Below are positions 50,530 through 61,950 of a stretch of 64,000 nt of DNA, in pieces; the stretch's first letter is position 1; each line of letters begins with the position of its first letter. The stretch comes from an uncultured bacterium. GTDB lineage: Bacteria > Zixibacteria > MSB-5A5 > GN15 > FEB-12. Both the position numbers and the translations under genes were made by a program. The notes below the pieces were generated by a model. The model saw only the letters and a list, made by a program, of their open reading frames with translations, had not been told where the DNA came from and made no database searches. The DNA lies in the NCBI GenBank assembly GCA_965372795.1, contig CBDVDR010000003.1, forward strand, positions 96,001 through 160,000, written 5' to 3'.

Positions 50530-50635
50530 GAACAATCCACACCTCAAAGTTTACTATTATTTTAACAAATACCTTTTAGCTGATATTTAACAAGAAGTGT
50601 GGGTGCAAATGTTCCCGGGATGTGAAAAAAAGATG

Positions 50636-52057
50636 CTACTGTGGACTAATATGCTCCTGTTTAAAGCGCCAGGCTGCGGTTAATCCAAAGAAAAAAGCTA
50701 ATAAATAACCGCCCTGTCCCCAGGTCCAGTCACGAGTATAAAAAATAGTTATAAAAAAGATGAACATAGAAATATAAATTGCCATCGAGATTTTAATGTC
50801 GGTTTTATTTTTTCCTATTGTCCTGTAAAGAGTTGCCGTTTTCAAACCATTCCACGCAAGAGCAACTAAAGCGGTGGCTCCGATAATTCCGGTTTCTGCC
50901 AGATATTGTAAAAACACATTATGTGCTGACATATTGGCAACCCTGGCCCACAAACGGGAAACCTGAATTTCAGGTATTAGTTCTATTATTAGTTTAAAAT
51001 TACCTATCCCAATCCCGGTAATTGGATCCAATAAAAAAGCTTTCCAGGCGGCTGACCAGAGAAGAAATCGCAGGATGATTGAACCTTCTGTGTCAGTAGT
51101 AGTTAAGAGAAAACTTTCATACCTTTCCCAGACTCCGGCAAATATACTTTCTCGAAATATGATAACGAGACCTAATAAAAGAATTGAAGGCACGATGATA
51201 TATTTTAACTTGAAGTTAAACTGCTTACCCTTATCAGCTTGGCTCTTTTTTAAGCTTACATACAGAAGCACCGGTATGGCAATTATTAATGTAACCAGGG
51301 GTGCCCTTGATTGGGTGGCAATTATTCCGAAAATTGTTATCAAACATGAAAAGGCATAAAATAAACGCTGTCTGTTATTGTCAGCCCAGATCAAAAAGGC
51401 GAGTGCCATCGGAATCGATGTCATCGCAAATGTTTCATAAGTAAGCCACGGTAAGCCAAAGACTCTTTCTTCACCAAGAAAATATAAATAGGTAATTGAA
51501 TTATGAATTGACAATAAGGTAACCATCAAAATATATAATTTAATTATTTTTTCTACGCCGATGGTTAAAAAGAATTTAAAAAATATTCTGAATGCGATAT
51601 AAATAGTAATTATTCTGAAAACCGGTACAATTGAATAGGAAGGGTTGTAAGCAAACAAAGCTGATAAAAAAGTAGCTCCGATAATAAAAAGGAAATTAGC
51701 ATCAAAATTAGTCGGTCTTATTTTATAATTTATATTTAAAATAAAATCGATAAAGATTGATCCAATGGCTAAAGCAAGGCAGACATCAAATGGATGGATC
51801 GCAAATCCCGCTAACCGGTATGGAAGAAACAGTGCTATAGAGAGAAAAAAGAGATAAAAACAAACTCTGGGTAAAAACAGAAGAATGACAGTCAGTATTG
51901 TGCCAAGGAAAATCAGTCCACTGGTCAAATAACCGAAATAACCCATTGTAATAATCGAAGCAGCTATTGTTAAAATGGTTAAAACGATTAAAACCGGATA
52001 CCCTTTTATAATAGAATTATCTTCAAGACTTATAGCCTCAATTTGATCGGTTCTCAT
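50636..52057 (-). CDS. O-antigen ligase (Wzy_C) family protein
   Basis: Multi-TM; TQSRA, GIGIGNF, AHNVFLQYLAETGIIG. Confidence 0.85.
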   Translation of the reverse strand: MRTDQIEAISLEDNSIIKGYPVLIVLTILTIAASIITMGYFGYLTSGLIFLGTILTVILLFLPRVCFYLFFLSIALFLPYRLAGFAIHPFDVCLALAIGSIFIDFILNINYKIRPTNFDANFLFIIGATFLSALFAYNPSYSIVPVFRIITIYIAFRIFFKFFLTIGVEKIIKLYILMVTLLSIHNSITYLYFLGEERVFGLPWLTYETFAMTSIPMALAFLIWADNNRQRLFYAFSCLITIFGIIATQSRAPLVTLIIAIPVLLYVSLKKSQADKGKQFNFKLKYIIVPSILLLGLVIIFRESIFAGVWERYESFLLTTTDTEGSIILRFLLWSAAWKAFLLDPITGIGIGNFKLIIELIPEIQVSRLWARVANMSAHNVFLQYLAETGIIGATALVALAWNGLKTATLYRTIGKNKTDIKISMAIYISMFIFFITIFYTRDWTWGQGGYLLAFFFGLTAAWRFKQEHISPQ

Positions 52058-52197
52058 TTAAAGAAAATAACAAAAGATGATCAATTATCAAATCAAAATT
52101 TAATAAGAAAAATTGTTGATAATTTTGATCTTATCTATAGTTTTGAATTAAACTATAGATTAGTAATTCTGATTTAAACAAAGATCGGTCTTAGGGC

Positions 52198-52926
52198 ATG
52201 ACTAACAACAAAGTTCTCATTTTTTTTCAAGGCAAATCGCAAGGCTTAACGAAGCTGTTTGAAAAAAATGGGTTTGAAGTGATTGAAGTACTATCAACAA
52301 AACAAGCAAAAACAATTCTTGAAGATGATCATGAAATTGATATCATCATTGAAGTTTTAGGAAATATTGCTGATTCAAGTTTTAAATTTTTGAAATTCAC
52401 TAAGCTGAATCACAAATTTAAATATATTCCATATTTTATTATTTGTAACACTCCCAATCAGGAACTTATAAACAAATGTGTTCAGAATGGTGCCAACGAT
52501 ATTATTATTGATACCTCTGATGAAAAAATGGTTTTTGGAAAAGTTGAGAAAGCAATAGCCATTGGGAAACGCAAGGTTCTTATTGTGGATGATGACGAAA
52601 TGATTCTCGATTATCTGAAATTTGTTATTGCATTAGAAAGATTCAAGGTTTATTCAGCATCAACCGGTGAAAAAGCATTGGAAATTCTTAAAGATGTAAA
52701 AATCCACGCCATAATATCTGATATAATGATGCCGGGAATGAGTGGGTTAGAATTATTAACTAAAGTTAAAGAAGATTTTGATAACATTCCCGTCCTGCTT
52801 ATATCCGGTTATGCCGGAAGATCTGAACAAGAATGCCTTCAGGCTGGAGCGGTTGGTTTTCTTAAAAAGCCCTTTAAAAATACTGATCTTGTTAAAACAA
52901 TTAGACAAATGACAAAAACCTACTAA
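52198..52926 (+). CDS. Response regulator with two receiver-like domains
   Basis: Second domain canonical (IVDDD, IISDIMMPG, KKP); first lacks the phospho-Asp. Confidence 0.85.
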   Translation: MTNNKVLIFFQGKSQGLTKLFEKNGFEVIEVLSTKQAKTILEDDHEIDIIIEVLGNIADSSFKFLKFTKLNHKFKYIPYFIICNTPNQELINKCVQNGANDIIIDTSDEKMVFGKVEKAIAIGKRKVLIVDDDEMILDYLKFVIALERFKVYSASTGEKALEILKDVKIHAIISDIMMPGMSGLELLTKVKEDFDNIPVLLISGYAGRSEQECLQAGAVGFLKKPFKNTDLVKTIRQMTKTY

Positions 52927-53097
52927 TACTATCCGGATTCGTTATTTTATAAATATTCCGCTATTATCGAAAATCTACCTCAATTCGAAATAATAATCGA
53001 CAAATTGGATACATTATTTAAATAAATCGGAACCATTTTAGGGAATTGATGTTTTGACTCTTAAATTTAATAGTCGGCAAAAGCCGAGGAAAAATAG

Positions 53098-53958
53098 ATG
53101 CGAGAGAAACTGTCCGGGTATTTACAGTTAATGAAGCCGACCATTATGCTTTTGGTGATCTTTACCGGTGCGACAGCATTAGTGATTGAGGGAAGCATGT
53201 TGAGTAAGCCGGTAGACTTTTTACTGGTTTTGTTAGGTTTGTTTTTAACTGGCGGGTCCGCAAATGCGTTAAATCAATATTTTGAAAGAGATATTGATGC
53301 TCTTATGACACGCACCAGCAAACGAAGACCATTGCCACAAAAGCAGTTAAGTGAAGTTCATGCCTTGATTTTTTCAGTTGGAGTTGGAGTAGCAGGGGTT
53401 ATTCTTTTCTGGGTTTTCTTTAATGCCTTAACGGCATTATTATCACTGGGAACGATTCTTTTTTACAGTCTGTTTTATACTCTTTATCTAAAACCAAGAA
53501 CTTCTCAAAATATTGTGATCGGCGGCATTGCCGGGGCTATGGGTCCGGTTGGCGCCTGGGCAGCTGCAACAGGAACGATGGACTTTGCGCCATGGATATT
53601 GTTTTTGATAATTTTCTTCTGGACTCCGCCTCATTTCTGGACCTTAGCGTTATTTTGCAAAGATGATTATAAAAAAGTAAATTTACCGATGTTGCCAATT
53701 GTCAAAGGTGACAGTCATACTTATAAACAAATAATGTACTACACTGTAATTCTGTTTATGACATCACTTTCACTGCTGTTTTTTGGAGCAGGTTGGTTTT
53801 ATATGATAGTAGCGATATTTCTTGGAGTAATATTTTTTAAAAAATGTTTACAGGTCAACCGATTGAGAACGACTCAAGCCCTAAAAGGATTATTTGGATA
53901 TTCGCTGATATATCTTTTTGGGCTGTTCTCGGCGATTATGATTGATTCATTTATATAA
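53098..53958 (+). CDS. ctaB: Heme o synthase (protoheme IX farnesyltransferase)
   Basis: NQYFERDIDALMTRTSKRRPL, WTPPHFW, DDYKKVNLPMLP. Confidence 0.95.
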   Translation: MREKLSGYLQLMKPTIMLLVIFTGATALVIEGSMLSKPVDFLLVLLGLFLTGGSANALNQYFERDIDALMTRTSKRRPLPQKQLSEVHALIFSVGVGVAGVILFWVFFNALTALLSLGTILFYSLFYTLYLKPRTSQNIVIGGIAGAMGPVGAWAAATGTMDFAPWILFLIIFFWTPPHFWTLALFCKDDYKKVNLPMLPIVKGDSHTYKQIMYYTVILFMTSLSLLFFGAGWFYMIVAIFLGVIFFKKCLQVNRLRTTQALKGLFGYSLIYLFGLFSAIMIDSFI

Positions 53959-54107
53959 TGATAAGTTAACAAGACTAATTTTATAGCATTTTGTTTTATT
54001 ATATGTTTAATATTGTTGTTAAATTGAAAAATAAATATCTTTTAGATGAGAGTAGGGAAGTAAAAGTATCATATGGACAATATGGTGCCTGTATGTCTTC
54101 TTTGGTG

Positions 54108-54136
54108 TTGACACCCCGCCTTCTTTTTTTTATGTT
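54108..54136 (+). promoter_or_regulatory. Sigma70-like promoter of act operon
   Basis: ttgaca-N17-tatgtt, about 75 nt before actA. Confidence 0.5.
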
Positions 54137-54210
54137 AGCAGGCGTTTTGGGTGTAAGAAGTTTCTTCCCCATAACTGAACTTAAACAATAAATTATGTTG
54201 GATATATTTT

Positions 54211-54858
54211 TTGTCTCAAATATTTCCCAAATGGACTAATGCACTTCCGCTAATATTAGCTGGAACAGTACTAATACTTTTTGTCTCGGTGGTTGGATTT
54301 TTCTGGTATTTTGGTTCGCCAAAATTCACCGATGTTGGTTACCGGCCGATTCAACCGGTGGCTTACAGCCATAAACTTCACGCCGGTGACTTAGGCATTG
54401 ATTGTCGCTACTGTCATGTTGCGGTTGAGAACACCGCGGTAGCTTCGGTGCCGCCAACACAAACTTGTATGAATTGTCATACGCTGGTAAAGCCGGACAG
54501 CGACAAATTGAAACTTGTCAGAGAAAGTTGGACCACAGGCAAACCGATAGAATGGGTCAGAGTCCACAAAGTTCCTGATTATGCCTATTTTAATCATAGT
54601 ATTCATATAAATCGCGGCGTGGGTTGTATTACCTGTCATGGCAATGTTGCTGAGATGGAAGAAGTTACTCAAAGTGAACCGCTCAGCATGTCATGGTGTC
54701 TTGATTGCCATCGTAACCCGGCACCAAATCTTAGACCGGTTAATCAGGTTACTAATATGAAATGGGAACCTTCCGATGGACACTTGGAGAAAATGGCTTT
54801 GCTAATTAAAGAAAAGAAAATTTCTCCACCAACTGATTGTACAGGATGCCACCGATGA
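54211..54858 (+). CDS. actA: Alternative complex III pentaheme cytochrome c
   Basis: One TM helix and five CxxCH motifs (CRYCH, CMNCH, CITCH, CLDCH, CTGCH). Confidence 0.9.
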   Translation: MSQIFPKWTNALPLILAGTVLILFVSVVGFFWYFGSPKFTDVGYRPIQPVAYSHKLHAGDLGIDCRYCHVAVENTAVASVPPTQTCMNCHTLVKPDSDKLKLVRESWTTGKPIEWVRVHKVPDYAYFNHSIHINRGVGCITCHGNVAEMEEVTQSEPLSMSWCLDCHRNPAPNLRPVNQVTNMKWEPSDGHLEKMALLIKEKKISPPTDCTGCHR

Positions 54859-57827
54859 AAAAAAATCTGAATATAAATGCCAAGGGTAAAGATTACTGGC
54901 GTTCGCTTGAAGAATTATCCGGGACAGAAGAATTTAATGATTTTCTTTATCGGGAATTTCCCAAGGGTGCCTCGGAGTTAAATAATAACTGGTCGCGCCG
55001 TAATTTCATTACCATGATGGGTGCGTCACTTGCCCTCGCCGGATTAGCTTCCTGTCGCAGACCTGAAGAAAAAATCGTGCCTTATGTTAAAGCCCCGGAA
55101 GAAATTATCCCGGGACAGGCGCTGTTTTATGCAACCAATATGCCCTTTGGTAATTCTTCTTACGGGCTTGTTATAGAAACTCATGAAGGACGCCCGACTA
55201 AAGTTGAAGGAAATAAATTACATCCTTCATCACAAGGTTCAGCGCATACTTTTGCATTAGCATCGATGCTTGGATTGTACGATCCTGATCGTTCCGGCAA
55301 AGTATATAAGGGCAAAGAAGAAAAAGAGTGGGCTGATTTTGTATCATTCTGGAATGATAAATCAACAGAGTTTGAAACCGGCAAGGGTGAAGGGTTGGCA
55401 ATTTTAAGCGAATCATATTCATCGCCTACCATTGCAAGGTTACGCAAAAAATTTGAAAAGAAATTTCCAAAAGCAAGCTGGGTTGTATATGATCCGGTGA
55501 GTGATGAAAATATATATGAAGGTATCAAAATTGCAACCGGTGAATCGTTCAAACCGGTTTATGATTTTGGCAAAGCTGATCTGATTCTTTCACTTGATTC
55601 TGATTTTCTGCAAAATGATAGCGAGAGCTTAACTGCGACCCGAGGATTTGCAGAGGGTCGTAAGATGCATACTGAAAATGATAAAATGAATCGCCTTTAT
55701 GTAGTAGAGTCAAGCCTTACCCTGACCGGTGGAATGGCAGATCACAGACTTAGAATAAAAAGCAGTGAAGTTTCAAAATTTACCTTGAATCTTGCTTTTG
55801 AGCTTAATCAGCAGGGTTTAAATATAAAAGGGTTAAATGGTTTAACAAACCCGACTATTCTTAATAATTCTAAATGGTCCAAATGGCTCAAACCGCTGGC
55901 GAAAGATTTGATTTTGTCTAAGGATCGTTCGGTGGTTACAGCAGGTCGTCGTCAGCCAAAAGAGATTCATGCTTTGGTGTTTGCTATCAATGAAGCTCTG
56001 GAAGCCAATAACAATATAGTGAAACTTTATAATTTTGATGATTCCGACTATTCAACAAGTTCAGATTTGTCAGAGTTAGTTACTAAGATGCGTTCCGGCT
56101 CGGTCAACACCCTTTTGATGTTAGGTGTAAATCCGGTATATAACGCTCCTGTTGATTTAAGATTCTACAGTTCCTTACAAAAAGTTGAAAATAAAATTCA
56201 TCTTAATCTATACCGTGATGAAACTGCAAAATCTTCAAGCTGGCATATTCCGATGGCGCATTATCTTGAAAGATGGGGCGATGTCCGTTCTGTTGATGGT
56301 ACCGCCGGTCTAATTCAACCGATGATTGAGCCAATATTGGGTGGCAAAAGTGAAATTGAATTATTAAGCTTAATTATAGATGGTAATGAAAGCAAAGGAT
56401 ACGATCTTGTTCAAGAATCCTGGACTTCATTACTAAAGGGTGATCTGTTCGAAACCAAATGGCGTCGAGTGCTTCATGATGGTTTATTAGAAAACAGCCA
56501 GACAAAGCCTGAAAAGAAAAATTCAAATTCAAAGTCAATCAATGCCGCTCTCAATAATTTAACTTTTAAAAATTCAGAAGAAATAGAAATTGTATTTGCA
56601 TCCTCGGCATCATTATTTGATGGCCGGTTTGCAAATTGTGGCTGGTTGATGGAGCTTCCTGATTCGGTAACAAAGATTTCCTGGGATAATGTAGCGGTTA
56701 TAAGCAAAAATACTGCGTTGAAGTATCAGCTTCAAAATAAAGATGTTGTTGTGCTTTCATTTGATGGCAAAGAACTTGAAGCGCCGGTTTGGATTTTACC
56801 CGGTCATGCTGATAACTCTATTACTGTCGAGCTTGGATATGGTCAGAAAGATTTAGGCAGAATTGCTGACGGAGTCGGTTATAATGCTTTCCAATTAAGA
56901 AATTCAACAAATCCCGATATTGGGGTTGGTCTGAAAATATTCAAAACCGGCCGCACGATGAAGATTGCCAATACGCAGGATCACAGCAGTATGGAAGGGC
57001 GACCGTTAATTCGTGAGGGATCATTAGAAGAATATAAAAAAAATCCTAATTTTGCTGAAGAGATGGTCAAACATCCGCCTCTGCTGTCATTGTGGGATGA
57101 TCATAAATATGACAAAGGCAATCAATGGGGGATGTCGATAGACCTTAATTCCTGTACCGGCTGCAATGCTTGTACTATTGCCTGTCAGAGTGAAAATAAT
57201 ATTCCGGTTGTCGGTAAAGATGAAGTCGAAAAGGGTCGCGAGATGCACTGGCTGCGAGTTGACCGTTACTTCACCGGTGAAGTTGAAGATGCCGGTATGG
57301 TCACTCAACCGGTTGCCTGTCATCATTGTGAAAATGCGCCTTGTGAACAGGTTTGTCCGGTAGCTGCCACCACTCATGATGAAGAAGGATTGAATACGAT
57401 GGCGTACAATCGGTGTATTGGTACCCGTTATTGTTCAAATAACTGTCCATATAAAGTACGTCGGTTTAATTTCTTCAACTACACCAAAGATCTTCCGGAA
57501 CTTATTAAAATGGCACAGAATCCTGATGTTACTGTTCGTTCCCGGGGTGTGATGGAAAAATGTACGTACTGCGTTCAGAGAATTAACACGGCCAAAATAA
57601 GTGCGAAAAAAGAAGATCGCGAAATTCGTGATGGTGAGTTTGAAGTTGCTTGTCAGCAATCCTGTCCGGCGAAAGCGATTTCCTTTGGAAATATACTCGA
57701 CAAAAAAAGTCAGGTTTATAAAATGAAAAACAATAGTAGAACTTACCATATGCTGTCAGAGTTAAATGTCAGACCGAGGACTTCGTATCTTGCAAAAATA
57801 AGAAACCCTAATCCGGAAATGGCGTAG
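54855..57827 (+). CDS. actB: Alternative complex III molybdopterin-oxidoreductase-like / Fe-S subunit
   Basis: ATGA overlap with actA; YWRSLEEL and Tat motif SRRNFI; CTGCNACTIAC, CHHCENAPC, CIGTRYCSNNCP, CTYC. Confidence 0.92.
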   Translation: MKKNLNINAKGKDYWRSLEELSGTEEFNDFLYREFPKGASELNNNWSRRNFITMMGASLALAGLASCRRPEEKIVPYVKAPEEIIPGQALFYATNMPFGNSSYGLVIETHEGRPTKVEGNKLHPSSQGSAHTFALASMLGLYDPDRSGKVYKGKEEKEWADFVSFWNDKSTEFETGKGEGLAILSESYSSPTIARLRKKFEKKFPKASWVVYDPVSDENIYEGIKIATGESFKPVYDFGKADLILSLDSDFLQNDSESLTATRGFAEGRKMHTENDKMNRLYVVESSLTLTGGMADHRLRIKSSEVSKFTLNLAFELNQQGLNIKGLNGLTNPTILNNSKWSKWLKPLAKDLILSKDRSVVTAGRRQPKEIHALVFAINEALEANNNIVKLYNFDDSDYSTSSDLSELVTKMRSGSVNTLLMLGVNPVYNAPVDLRFYSSLQKVENKIHLNLYRDETAKSSSWHIPMAHYLERWGDVRSVDGTAGLIQPMIEPILGGKSEIELLSLIIDGNESKGYDLVQESWTSLLKGDLFETKWRRVLHDGLLENSQTKPEKKNSNSKSINAALNNLTFKNSEEIEIVFASSASLFDGRFANCGWLMELPDSVTKISWDNVAVISKNTALKYQLQNKDVVVLSFDGKELEAPVWILPGHADNSITVELGYGQKDLGRIADGVGYNAFQLRNSTNPDIGVGLKIFKTGRTMKIANTQDHSSMEGRPLIREGSLEEYKKNPNFAEEMVKHPPLLSLWDDHKYDKGNQWGMSIDLNSCTGCNACTIACQSENNIPVVGKDEVEKGREMHWLRVDRYFTGEVEDAGMVTQPVACHHCENAPCEQVCPVAATTHDEEGLNTMAYNRCIGTRYCSNNCPYKVRRFNFFNYTKDLPELIKMAQNPDVTVRSRGVMEKCTYCVQRINTAKISAKKEDREIRDGEFEVACQQSCPAKAISFGNILDKKSQVYKMKNNSRTYHMLSELNVRPRTSYLAKIRNPNPEMA

Positions 57828-57849
57828 GATGGAAGGTATAGAAATTTAA

Positions 57850-59259
57850 GTGAGTACTGTTGCAAAAGATATAGCAGCTTTAAAAGCCAGAAAAGATGTT
57901 CTAATTCAGGGTAATCCCTCTTTCGGGAAAATTACCCGCGATATTTGTCATATTGCAGAAGGCAAGCCGAATCGCAACTGGTGGATTTTATTCAGCATCT
58001 CATTAAGTTTGACATTGGTATTATTTATACAACTTGGATACCTTTTCTGGGAAGGAATCGGTATTTGGGGGTTGAATAATCCTGTCGGATGGGGCTGGGC
58101 AATTGTAAATTTTGTTTGGTGGGTCGGTATCGGCCATGCTGGCACTTTGATCTCTGCGATTTTGTTTCTGTTAAGACAACAATGGCGAACTTCGATCAAC
58201 CGCTTTGCGGAAGCCATGACTATCTTTGCGGTTATATGTGCCCTGATGTTTCCGGCAATCCATGTCGGTCGTGTTTGGGTTGTGCACTGGGTGCTGCCAA
58301 TTCCGAACTCGATGGCAATATGGCCGAATTTCCGAAGCCCGCTTCTATGGGATTCATTCGCGGTCGGAACATATTTTACCTGTTCGTTTTTATTCTGGTA
58401 CACTGGCTTGATTCCTGATCTGGCAACTCTCCGAGATCGTGCTGTAACTCGCATAAGAAAACTTGTACTCGGAATTTTCTCGCTGGGATGGCGTGGTGGA
58501 AACAGACAGTGGAAACATTATGAATTGGCGTATATGATTCTGGCAGGTATTTCGACCCCGCTGGTTTTGTCTGTTCATAGTATCGTATCGACTGATTTTG
58601 CAACTTCTTTGTTGCCCGGATGGCATACAACAATTTTCCCGCCGTATTTTGTGGCAGGGGCAATTTTCTCGGGCTTTGCAATGGTTATGACGCTGACTCT
58701 AATCACTCGCTCGGCTTTTGAACTAAAGCATATCATTACAATACGACATCTTGAGTTAATGAATAAAATTATGCTCCTGACCGGTATGATGGTCGGGTAT
58801 GCCTACTCGATGGAGTTTTTCATTGCCTGGTATAGCGGGAACGGTTACGAACAGTTTGCTTTTGTAAATCGTGCTTTTGGTCCTTATGCCTGGGCATATT
58901 GGATTATGGTTTCCTGCAACGTCTTGGTTCCGCAGTTATTCTGGTTTAAAAAATTACGGACAAGTATTCCGATTATGTTTGCTGCTTCGATATTGATTAA
59001 TGTCGGGATGTGGTTCGAGCGTTTTGTGATTGTCTCAACATTATCACGCGGATTTATTCCAGCGACCTGGGATTATTATAGTCCGACAATTTTTGATATT
59101 GGAATCTATCTGGGCTCTTTCGGATTGTTCTTCACCCTCTTTTTATTATTCATTAAATTCCTTCCGATTGTAGCGATTTCCGAAGTTAAAAATGTTCTGC
59201 CACAGGCTGACCCGCATCACAAACATATAGAAATTATCTCATCGGAAGTCAAAGCATGA
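57850..59259 (+). CDS. actC: Alternative complex III NrfD-type quinol-binding subunit
   Basis: [37 protein letters not shown]. Confidence 0.92.
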   Translation: MSTVAKDIAALKARKDVLIQGNPSFGKITRDICHIAEGKPNRNWWILFSISLSLTLVLFIQLGYLFWEGIGIWGLNNPVGWGWAIVNFVWWVGIGHAGTLISAILFLLRQQWRTSINRFAEAMTIFAVICALMFPAIHVGRVWVVHWVLPIPNSMAIWPNFRSPLLWDSFAVGTYFTCSFLFWYTGLIPDLATLRDRAVTRIRKLVLGIFSLGWRGGNRQWKHYELAYMILAGISTPLVLSVHSIVSTDFATSLLPGWHTTIFPPYFVAGAIFSGFAMVMTLTLITRSAFELKHIITIRHLELMNKIMLLTGMMVGYAYSMEFFIAWYSGNGYEQFAFVNRAFGPYAWAYWIMVSCNVLVPQLFWFKKLRTSIPIMFAASILINVGMWFERFVIVSTLSRGFIPATWDYYSPTIFDIGIYLGSFGLFFTLFLLFIKFLPIVAISEVKNVLPQADPHHKHIEIISSEVKA

Positions 59260-59804
59260 AATATTTTAAAAAAGCACCGGATATTATGCTGGCAGAGATT
59301 CAATCTCCCGAAGAACTTATTCATGCCGCCGAAAAAATCTGTGAAGCCGGATATGAAAAATATGATTGTCACTCGCCCTTTCCAATCCATGGTATGGATC
59401 AGGCGATGAAGCTCAAACGCTCGCCAATCGGTTATATTGTTGGGACAATGGGAGCAATTGGTTTATTGGGATCATTATTCCTCCAGTGGTGGACCTCATC
59501 AGTTGATTACCCGTTAGTAATCTCTGGTAAACCTCTTTTCAGTTTTCAGGCTTTTGTTCCGGTAACCTTCGCCCTGACGGTTTTGCTGTCTGCTTTTGGA
59601 GCTTTATTCGGGATGCTTGGATTTAATAAGCTGCCCCAATTATATCATCCGATTTTTAATTCAGAACAATTTAAGAAATTTTCTGATAATGGTTTCTTTA
59701 TAAGTATTAATGCGGATGATCCAAAATATGATGCTGAGGCAACTGCTAAGTTTTTGGAATCTATTGGCGGAACCAATGTGGAGGTTGTTAAAGATGAAGA
59801 TTAA
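59256..59804 (+). CDS. actD: Alternative complex III subunit D (DUF3341)
   Basis: [20 protein letters not shown]; operon position. Confidence 0.9.
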   Translation: MKYFKKAPDIMLAEIQSPEELIHAAEKICEAGYEKYDCHSPFPIHGMDQAMKLKRSPIGYIVGTMGAIGLLGSLFLQWWTSSVDYPLVISGKPLFSFQAFVPVTFALTVLLSAFGALFGMLGFNKLPQLYHPIFNSEQFKKFSDNGFFISINADDPKYDAEATAKFLESIGGTNVEVVKDED

Positions 59805-60405
59805 ATCCTCCAGAATAATAATTTTGTTGGCAGTCACAATATTTATAGCCGGGTGTTATCAGGGGCGTCCCTCAAATAAAACACCATTGCATTTTAATCC
59901 AAGCATGGATCAACAGAAAAAATATAAAACTCAATCCTCAAGTATGTATTTTGAAAACGGTTCGACTATGCGTCTTCCGGTTGAAGGTACCGTAGCCCGC
60001 GGTTTTCTTCGAGAAAATGTTGAGTATTATACCGGCAAAAATAAAAAAGGTGAGTTTATAAAAAAATCTCCGGTAGCAACTGATATGGCTTTGATGCTCA
60101 GAGGTCAGGAGAGATTTAATATTTATTGCGCTCCTTGTCACGGTCGAATTGGACAGGGTCAGGGAATAGTTGTGAAAAAGGGCTTGCTGCCTCCGCCATC
60201 TTTTATGGATCCGAAAATCCTGGCTTATCCTGATGGACAAATTTTTGATGTCATTTCAAATGGTATTAGAAATATGCCATCCTATCGACATCAGGTTCCG
60301 GTGCCCGACCGATGGGCGATAATTTCTTATTTCCGTGCTTTGCAACGCAGTCAAACAGCAACTGCAAAAGATATTCCTGAAGATATTATGAAAAGTATGA
60401 GGTAG
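59794..60405 (+). CDS. actE: Alternative complex III monoheme cytochrome c lipoprotein
   Basis: Lipobox IAGC; CAPCH; MPSY; DRWAI. Confidence 0.9.
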   Translation: MKIKSSRIIILLAVTIFIAGCYQGRPSNKTPLHFNPSMDQQKKYKTQSSSMYFENGSTMRLPVEGTVARGFLRENVEYYTGKNKKGEFIKKSPVATDMALMLRGQERFNIYCAPCHGRIGQGQGIVVKKGLLPPPSFMDPKILAYPDGQIFDVISNGIRNMPSYRHQVPVPDRWAIISYFRALQRSQTATAKDIPEDIMKSMR

Positions 60406-60414
60406 TTGATATAA

Positions 60415-61596
60415 ATGAAATGGGATGCTGATTCATTAAGAATTAACTCGGTCGGATCAATCGGTCAATTGGCACTTGTTGTCGGAATTGTCGGATTGCT
60501 TGCCAGTGCCTATGGTTATACAACTGATAAAAGTCAGTTCATGTTTTCATATTTAACAGCCTTTATGTTCTGGGTGTCAATCAGCCTTGGTGCTCTGTTC
60601 TTTACTCTGGTGCATTACCTTGCCAATGCCAAGTGGAGTGTTGTGATAAGAAGAATTTCAGAAGCAATAGGAAGTACTTTTTCTATCTTGCTGATTTTGT
60701 TCTTACCGATTCTATTCGGAATCCACGATCTATTTCATTGGAGCCACGAAGAGGTTGTTGCAGTCGACGAAATTTTACAATCAAAAGAAGGGTATCTAAA
60801 TCCCACCTTTTTCATTATCCGCAGTTTGGGGTATTTTGTTATCTGGATTTTTCTTTCACTGTTCCTCTTTAAAAAATCAACCAACCAGGATACAAATCCT
60901 CAGGATGACTTTTTAAAAAAGGTACGTAAAGTTGCGGCTCCGGGTATGATTCTATTTGCGTTTTCTATTACCTTTGCTTCTTATGACTGGCTGATGTCAC
61001 TTGACCCGCACTGGTATTCTACAATTTTCGGAGCGTATTATTTCTCAGGCTCATTCTTAGCCTTTTTATCATTCATGATTTTAATAGGAAAATATTTTGC
61101 CAGTCGAGGTATCCTTAAAGATATAATTACTGATGAACACTATCATGATATTGGCAAATTTTTATTCGGCTTTGTTATCTTCTGGTCATATATGGCATTC
61201 TCGCAGTATTTTATTATCTGGTATGCTAATATTCCTGAAGAAACGGTTTGGTTCCTGAAACGGTGGGAAGGAAGCTGGGTCAATATGAGCCTGCTTCTAA
61301 TATTCGGACATTTTGTAGCCCCCTTTATTTTAATGATTACAAGATGGTCAAAAAGAAATACGTTCATGCTGGTACTGATGGCTTTTTGGATTTTATTTAT
61401 GCGCTGGGTTGACCTGTATTGGCTGATCTTTCCGGTTCATAGCGAAAGCGGAGTGCATTTGTCTTGGATGGATGTCACGACTTTATTGGGTATTGGCGGT
61501 ATTTTTGTATGGTTTGTACTATACCAGCTTACAAAAAATGCTCTAATTCCAATAAAAGATCCGGAATTGGGAACTTCTTTACGACATGTCAATTAA
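60415..61596 (+). CDS. actF: Alternative complex III subunit F
   Basis: DWLMSLDPHWYSTIFG, FSQYFIIWYANIPEE. Confidence 0.9.
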   Translation: MKWDADSLRINSVGSIGQLALVVGIVGLLASAYGYTTDKSQFMFSYLTAFMFWVSISLGALFFTLVHYLANAKWSVVIRRISEAIGSTFSILLILFLPILFGIHDLFHWSHEEVVAVDEILQSKEGYLNPTFFIIRSLGYFVIWIFLSLFLFKKSTNQDTNPQDDFLKKVRKVAAPGMILFAFSITFASYDWLMSLDPHWYSTIFGAYYFSGSFLAFLSFMILIGKYFASRGILKDIITDEHYHDIGKFLFGFVIFWSYMAFSQYFIIWYANIPEETVWFLKRWEGSWVNMSLLLIFGHFVAPFILMITRWSKRNTFMLVLMAFWILFMRWVDLYWLIFPVHSESGVHLSWMDVTTLLGIGGIFVWFVLYQLTKNALIPIKDPELGTSLRHVN

Positions 61597-61636
61597 TAAG
61601 TAAATAGAGAGGTCTTTAATAGATTTTGAGGGAAAA

Positions 61637-61936
61637 ATGAGTGGATACGAAGAAACAGATATAAGCGTTGCGAAAACAGTTATCGGCGCAATCGTAGTCG
61701 TTCTATTTATAGGCGTTTTTCTGGTTATCCTCAATGAATACTTTCTTTCTGTGAAAGAAGAGATTGTTTACGAGACAGTTCTTAAACCTGAATCAATAAG
61801 CTTGAAAGAATTGTACTTGCGTGAAGATTCAGTATTAACAACCTACGAATTAACTGATACAGCCAAAGGCATCTACCGGATACCAATTGATAAAGCTCTG
61901 GAAATCGTAGCACAGGAAGCACAAGCAACTAGATAA
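61637..61936 (+). CDS. Small single-TM protein, ActG-like
   Basis: One TM helix; RIPIDKAL motif; lies between actF and sco. Confidence 0.6.
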   Translation: MSGYEETDISVAKTVIGAIVVVLFIGVFLVILNEYFLSVKEEIVYETVLKPESISLKELYLREDSVLTTYELTDTAKGIYRIPIDKALEIVAQEAQATR

Positions 61937-61950
61937 TAAGTATTAACTTT

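Noticed and set aside
53991..54191. 66-aa ORF between ctaB and actA
   Set aside because: No RBS or recognisable motif, and it overlaps the predicted act promoter.
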